This document shows, one piece after another, positions 28,381-31,952 of a stretch of DNA of 31,952 nt. Source of the DNA: Candidatus Micrarchaeota archaeon (GTDB lineage Archaea > Micrarchaeota > Micrarchaeia > Anstonellales > Bilamarchaeaceae); assembly GCA_043816005.1 (NCBI GenBank), contig JBDRIM010000017.1, positions 1 to 31,952 on the forward strand, written 5' to 3'. A program made the translations under genes and the position numbers. Position 1 is the stretch's first letter; every line of letters starts with the position of its first letter. Below the pieces are notes generated by a model, which had not been told where the DNA came from, did no database searches, and saw nothing but the letters and a program-made list of their open reading frames with translations.

Positions 28381-31300
28381 CTATTCTTTGTTAACTTTAG
28401 TTAGTATAACACCTGTACGAGTAACTTCAGCTCCATTAAACAACATGTGACCAGTAGGCCCGTTTGATGAAGTTGAAACTGTGAATAATAATGGCATTAT
28501 GCTCCCAACACCTTTTTCAACTGGAATGAAAGTATCTGGAGATGAACTACGCTGTAATCTATAAAGTATAAATGGATTACCATTTGCTTCTAATACTTGC
28601 CAAGTATTACGAGAAGGAACAACAGACACTACTGCGTCACCAACCGTACCATCTGAAAATGGTATATTACGAACAACTTTACCTAAGAATTCTGGTTCGC
28701 CAGATTGGCCATAATTCGGATTAAGAAGATAGAAGTTTCCGTCATTGTATTGTGAATAGAACTGCCACTGGTATTGGAGTTGTTGCCCATTTTTACGCGC
28801 ATATTCTTCTGCTGACATTGTTTCAGCTCCTATAGTAACACTAACCTGAGTAGTTGCATACATATGATCTTGGCCCCCAAATCTATGTGTATCTAATGTA
28901 GCTTTTGCAATTGTCCAATTTTCTACAGGAGCAGCTACGGGTGGAGTATAAATATCAGTCAAATGTGCATCACTAAGACCTTCAAGTCCAAGCTCTGCAA
29001 CTTCAAGTGCTAGTTTTGCAGTTACAGTATTTTCAGTTGCTTCAGCCCTAGATCTCAACAATCTGGCTGCTTCAAGAGCTTTTTGTGCACGTTCCACATA
29101 AAATATTCTTGGATCATCAGGTGCTTTACTTGGAAGTTCATTAATTGGAACATCGTCTCCTGCTATTGTTGCAGCTAATCTACCTTCAAGTTCTAGAATT
29201 CTAATATCTGCAATGGATAAAACAGCCACCTGACTATTACCATTTTTCATGAAATCAGCTGTAAGTTGATGAAGTCTTCCATTGAACGCATCACTCCTCA
29301 ATAAGTATGGTGCAGAAGAATCACCAACAAGAACAGCCTCTCTTCTTAGCACTGAAGCACCTAAACCATTGTGAGCATAACCAGGTGCATCATGATCTGG
29401 ATTCAAATCAGTAACAGGACCAAGATAGTAAAGTCTTTGTCTTCCAGAAACTACTCTTGGTAAACCACTATCAAATTTTGGTTTGGTTGATCTTGAAACA
29501 AGGCCAGGAATTGCATATGGCCCTACTCCAAATTCCCTAGCATGATGAACAGCTAATGGAATATCAAGACCATTTGGATTGGCTGATGCTGACCATGGGT
29601 TTGAAGGGAATGGATATTTCATCGAGAGTAATAATCTTACATGATCTCTTTCAATATCAACTGCAGCTCTTGTGACTTGTGCTGCATCTTGTGCACCAAC
29701 CATGCTTACAAAGAAACCTGCAAAGGATTCTGTAAATCTAAGCGTTGGCATCAATGTGTGAGTAACATCTTCAGCAAGAGTGGTTGACATATTTGGATAA
29801 TAAGTTTGATCTACTCGTATAGAACCAGTGAAATCATCATTAAAATTCCAAAGGAATGCATTTCTTGCAAGATTAAGTTGGTTTTCTAGATGAGTACGAT
29901 GTTCTGGTTTAACATTAAATGGATACGCCTTTGCCTGAGGTATGGTATACATCCACACTTCTGCTTCTCTTATAGAAACAAGACTGTGGGCCATTGCATA
30001 AAGTGTCATTGGATCAGTACAATTTTGTTTCCATGCTTCTGCTTTTACTAAAAGTGGATCATCATTAGCTTTACCTCGAGAATATGCTTCAATAGCATGT
30101 CCGAGCATTTTTTGACTTTGAGATAGAGTGATTGGATTTTTAAGTTCACCAACTGTACGAAGATATTCAGCATAGAAACTATCTCTGCTTGCACGAAGAG
30201 TTGCTAATGCAGTTATAGGTTCAGATACGAATTCCATTTCTGGAGCAAGTTTAGAAACTTCGACATAAAATCCTCCAAGTTTCTCATCAAATTCCCTATA
30301 ATCTAATCCTGTACTTGCAAGAGTTTCGATTAAATCAGTATATGCGATAAAAAATTTGGGGTTTGCGTTATCCATCCCATTTTCTTTAGCAAATTTCAAA
30401 AGAACTCCCATTGTTTGTGCTGTGTCAGCACGAAGTAGAGCTTGTTCATAAGTTCGATTTAGTTGATCAAAGTTATTATCAGTTCTTGTAGTGAAACCTT
30501 GGCAATATACTACGAATTCACGTGCTATAGTTATGGCAGCTGCGCTTTTTTGCCAAGCTTCTTTTTGTCTTCTTTTATCTGGAACAGGACTTGCAAGTAA
30601 TGAATCAAGAGCAATTTGTGCAAGTTCAACAGATTTTTGTGCCATAGTTTGAAGATATGCTTGATCAGTAGCTACAACTGGAGCTTCTATACGTTCTGGT
30701 GCAATTTCTGGTTCTGCTATTCTTGTTGCTGGTGCAGGTTCTCTTGCAATTTTTGGTTCTGCTGCTCTCGTAAGTTCTGCTAATCTGGCTTGAATTTTAG
30801 CTTTATCGTCGTGAGGAGCTATGTTAAGGAGTCGTGTTAGAAGTTGTTTATCAGTAATTTTTGCAATTGCAGCTTCTCTTGTCTCTTGATGTTTAGAGCT
30901 ATAAGCAACGTCTGCTAATGCATTTTGATCATTAAGCTTTTCTACTGCAGCTAATCTTGCAACTTGATTTGGACTTGTAATTGCTGTTTCTTTTAGACTA
31001 TCAACTACGCGCGCTGCTGCCAAATGTTTTTGGTTTTCATCTACTGCATATGTATATGTTCTTCCAGAGGCAAATTTTCTTGCTTCCTTATATAACCCAT
31101 TAAGGTCTGCAATTTTTGTTGGCTTTCCGCCATTATTTAGTTCTTCTAAACGAGTGACATAACTACTTGCCTGGTCTTTTAAATTTTCTCTTTTTGGATA
31201 AAAAGAAATCAATCTAAGATCAGAAATTAATGATGTGAATTCCATTTCATCAAAAACAGGTCTCAGTTGTGGCACTGTTCTGTCTAATGGTCTTCTTTCT

Positions 31301-31890
31301 GGCACTTCGGTTTTTCTTGGTGTAATTGGTATTGCAACTGGTTCAGGTACCACTTCGTTAGTAGTAATTGTAGCATTAACCTGTCCAAATGCTTCGGAAA
31401 TTTTTTGTTGAAGAATTTGAAGTCGTTCTGGTGTTAATGGTCCTGAACCACCAAGCCATGTATTTAATGAAGTAAATTGTTCGTCTGGTGTTTTGCCAGA
31501 AATAGGAAAAACATCTTGGCCATTATTTAGTCCTTTTAGCCTACTATTTTGTTCAATAAGATTAGTAAGTAATTGTTGTACCAGCGGATTTTGTCCATAA
31601 GCTACTGCATCCATATCTGCAGATTTCTGATTGGTAAAAAACTGATTTATACCTCTTGTATTTTGTTCCAAAACAGTACGAGCAGTAACTATTTCCCTAT
31701 GTTCAGTTTTAACTTCAACTGGCGGTGGACGAGCATGAGCCATAATATTACCTCCTAAAGTCGTTACAGCAGTTGCAATTGCAACCGCAACAGTACCAAA
31801 ATAACGTCCGAATACTCTTCGACGGTGGCTAGACTGGGTATTTGAAGTATTTAAAGCTTTGTTCTCATCAGTAAGTCTAGTTCCTGCCAC
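28381..31890 (-). CDS. 1169-aa orphan exported/anchored protein, mainly helical, with HEAT-like repeats and Pro/Glu/Ala linkers
   Basis: GTG start follows GGAGGG. N-terminus HRRRVFGRYFGTVAVAIATAVTTLGGNIMAHA; repeats RLAAVEKLNDQNAL and REAAIAKITDKQLL; beta-rich C-terminus. Confidence 0.85.
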   Translation of the reverse strand: MAGTRLTDENKALNTSNTQSSHRRRVFGRYFGTVAVAIATAVTTLGGNIMAHARPPPVEVKTEHREIVTARTVLEQNTRGINQFFTNQKSADMDAVAYGQNPLVQQLLTNLIEQNSRLKGLNNGQDVFPISGKTPDEQFTSLNTWLGGSGPLTPERLQILQQKISEAFGQVNATITTNEVVPEPVAIPITPRKTEVPERRPLDRTVPQLRPVFDEMEFTSLISDLRLISFYPKRENLKDQASSYVTRLEELNNGGKPTKIADLNGLYKEARKFASGRTYTYAVDENQKHLAAARVVDSLKETAITSPNQVARLAAVEKLNDQNALADVAYSSKHQETREAAIAKITDKQLLTRLLNIAPHDDKAKIQARLAELTRAAEPKIAREPAPATRIAEPEIAPERIEAPVVATDQAYLQTMAQKSVELAQIALDSLLASPVPDKRRQKEAWQKSAAAITIAREFVVYCQGFTTRTDNNFDQLNRTYEQALLRADTAQTMGVLLKFAKENGMDNANPKFFIAYTDLIETLASTGLDYREFDEKLGGFYVEVSKLAPEMEFVSEPITALATLRASRDSFYAEYLRTVGELKNPITLSQSQKMLGHAIEAYSRGKANDDPLLVKAEAWKQNCTDPMTLYAMAHSLVSIREAEVWMYTIPQAKAYPFNVKPEHRTHLENQLNLARNAFLWNFNDDFTGSIRVDQTYYPNMSTTLAEDVTHTLMPTLRFTESFAGFFVSMVGAQDAAQVTRAAVDIERDHVRLLLSMKYPFPSNPWSASANPNGLDIPLAVHHAREFGVGPYAIPGLVSRSTKPKFDSGLPRVVSGRQRLYYLGPVTDLNPDHDAPGYAHNGLGASVLRREAVLVGDSSAPYLLRSDAFNGRLHQLTADFMKNGNSQVAVLSIADIRILELEGRLAATIAGDDVPINELPSKAPDDPRIFYVERAQKALEAARLLRSRAEATENTVTAKLALEVAELGLEGLSDAHLTDIYTPPVAAPVENWTIAKATLDTHRFGGQDHMYATTQVSVTIGAETMSAEEYARKNGQQLQYQWQFYSQYNDGNFYLLNPNYGQSGEPEFLGKVVRNIPFSDGTVGDAVVSVVPSRNTWQVLEANGNPFILYRLQRSSSPDTFIPVEKGVGSIMPLLFTVSTSSNGPTGHMLFNGAEVTRTGVILTKVNKE

Positions 31891-31917
31891 ACCATACCCT
31901 CCCTAACACTACTTTAT

Positions 31918-31945
31918 ACTATTTAAAACAAATAGTTTATAAAAC
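31918..31945 (-). promoter_or_regulatory. TATA-like elements upstream of the large-protein operon
   Basis: On the - strand, TTTTATAAA and TTTTAAATA lie ~30-55 nt upstream of the GTG at 31890. Confidence 0.4.
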
Positions 31946-31952
31946 AGCATTT

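Noticed and set aside
1785..31758. Numerous short antisense or nested ORFs in the track (e.g. 1785-2318, 2326-2787, 5406-5885, 18164-18550, 23017-23439, 28211-28450)
   Set aside because: They are shadows of well-supported genes on the opposite strand or in another frame. The 28211-28450 + ORF is displaced by the - strand 55-aa gene, which has a strong ribosome-binding site.

Overview
AT-rich, gene-dense archaeal DNA. Evidence for an archaeal origin is TFE, a PAC2/Pba proteasome chaperone with an HbYX tail, Sec61beta, an aCPSF-like beta-CASP nuclease, GGTG/GGAGG ribosome-binding sites and TATA-like promoters. A DPANN lineage, plausibly Micrarchaeota, is my inference from gene content and compactness. 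The left half (1-16.6 kb) is mostly housekeeping and homeostasis genes, and includes a ~380-bp highly structured non-coding element (8963-9346) between ArsP-like and ArsB-like transporter genes. The right half holds two convergent operons. On the + strand is a five-gene membrane complex built around a split VirB4/HerA-like ATPase (16690-22815). On the - strand is an operon of very large orphan proteins (22974-31890): a 1169-aa exported protein, a 55-aa hydrophobic peptide, a 740-aa protein with an outer-membrane-beta-barrel-like strand pattern and a 998-aa Cys-rich Ig-like repeat protein. Together these are the best candidate for an undescribed host-contact or translocation system. No tRNA, rRNA, CRISPR array or transposase was recognised. 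All calls come from reading motifs by eye, with no database search.
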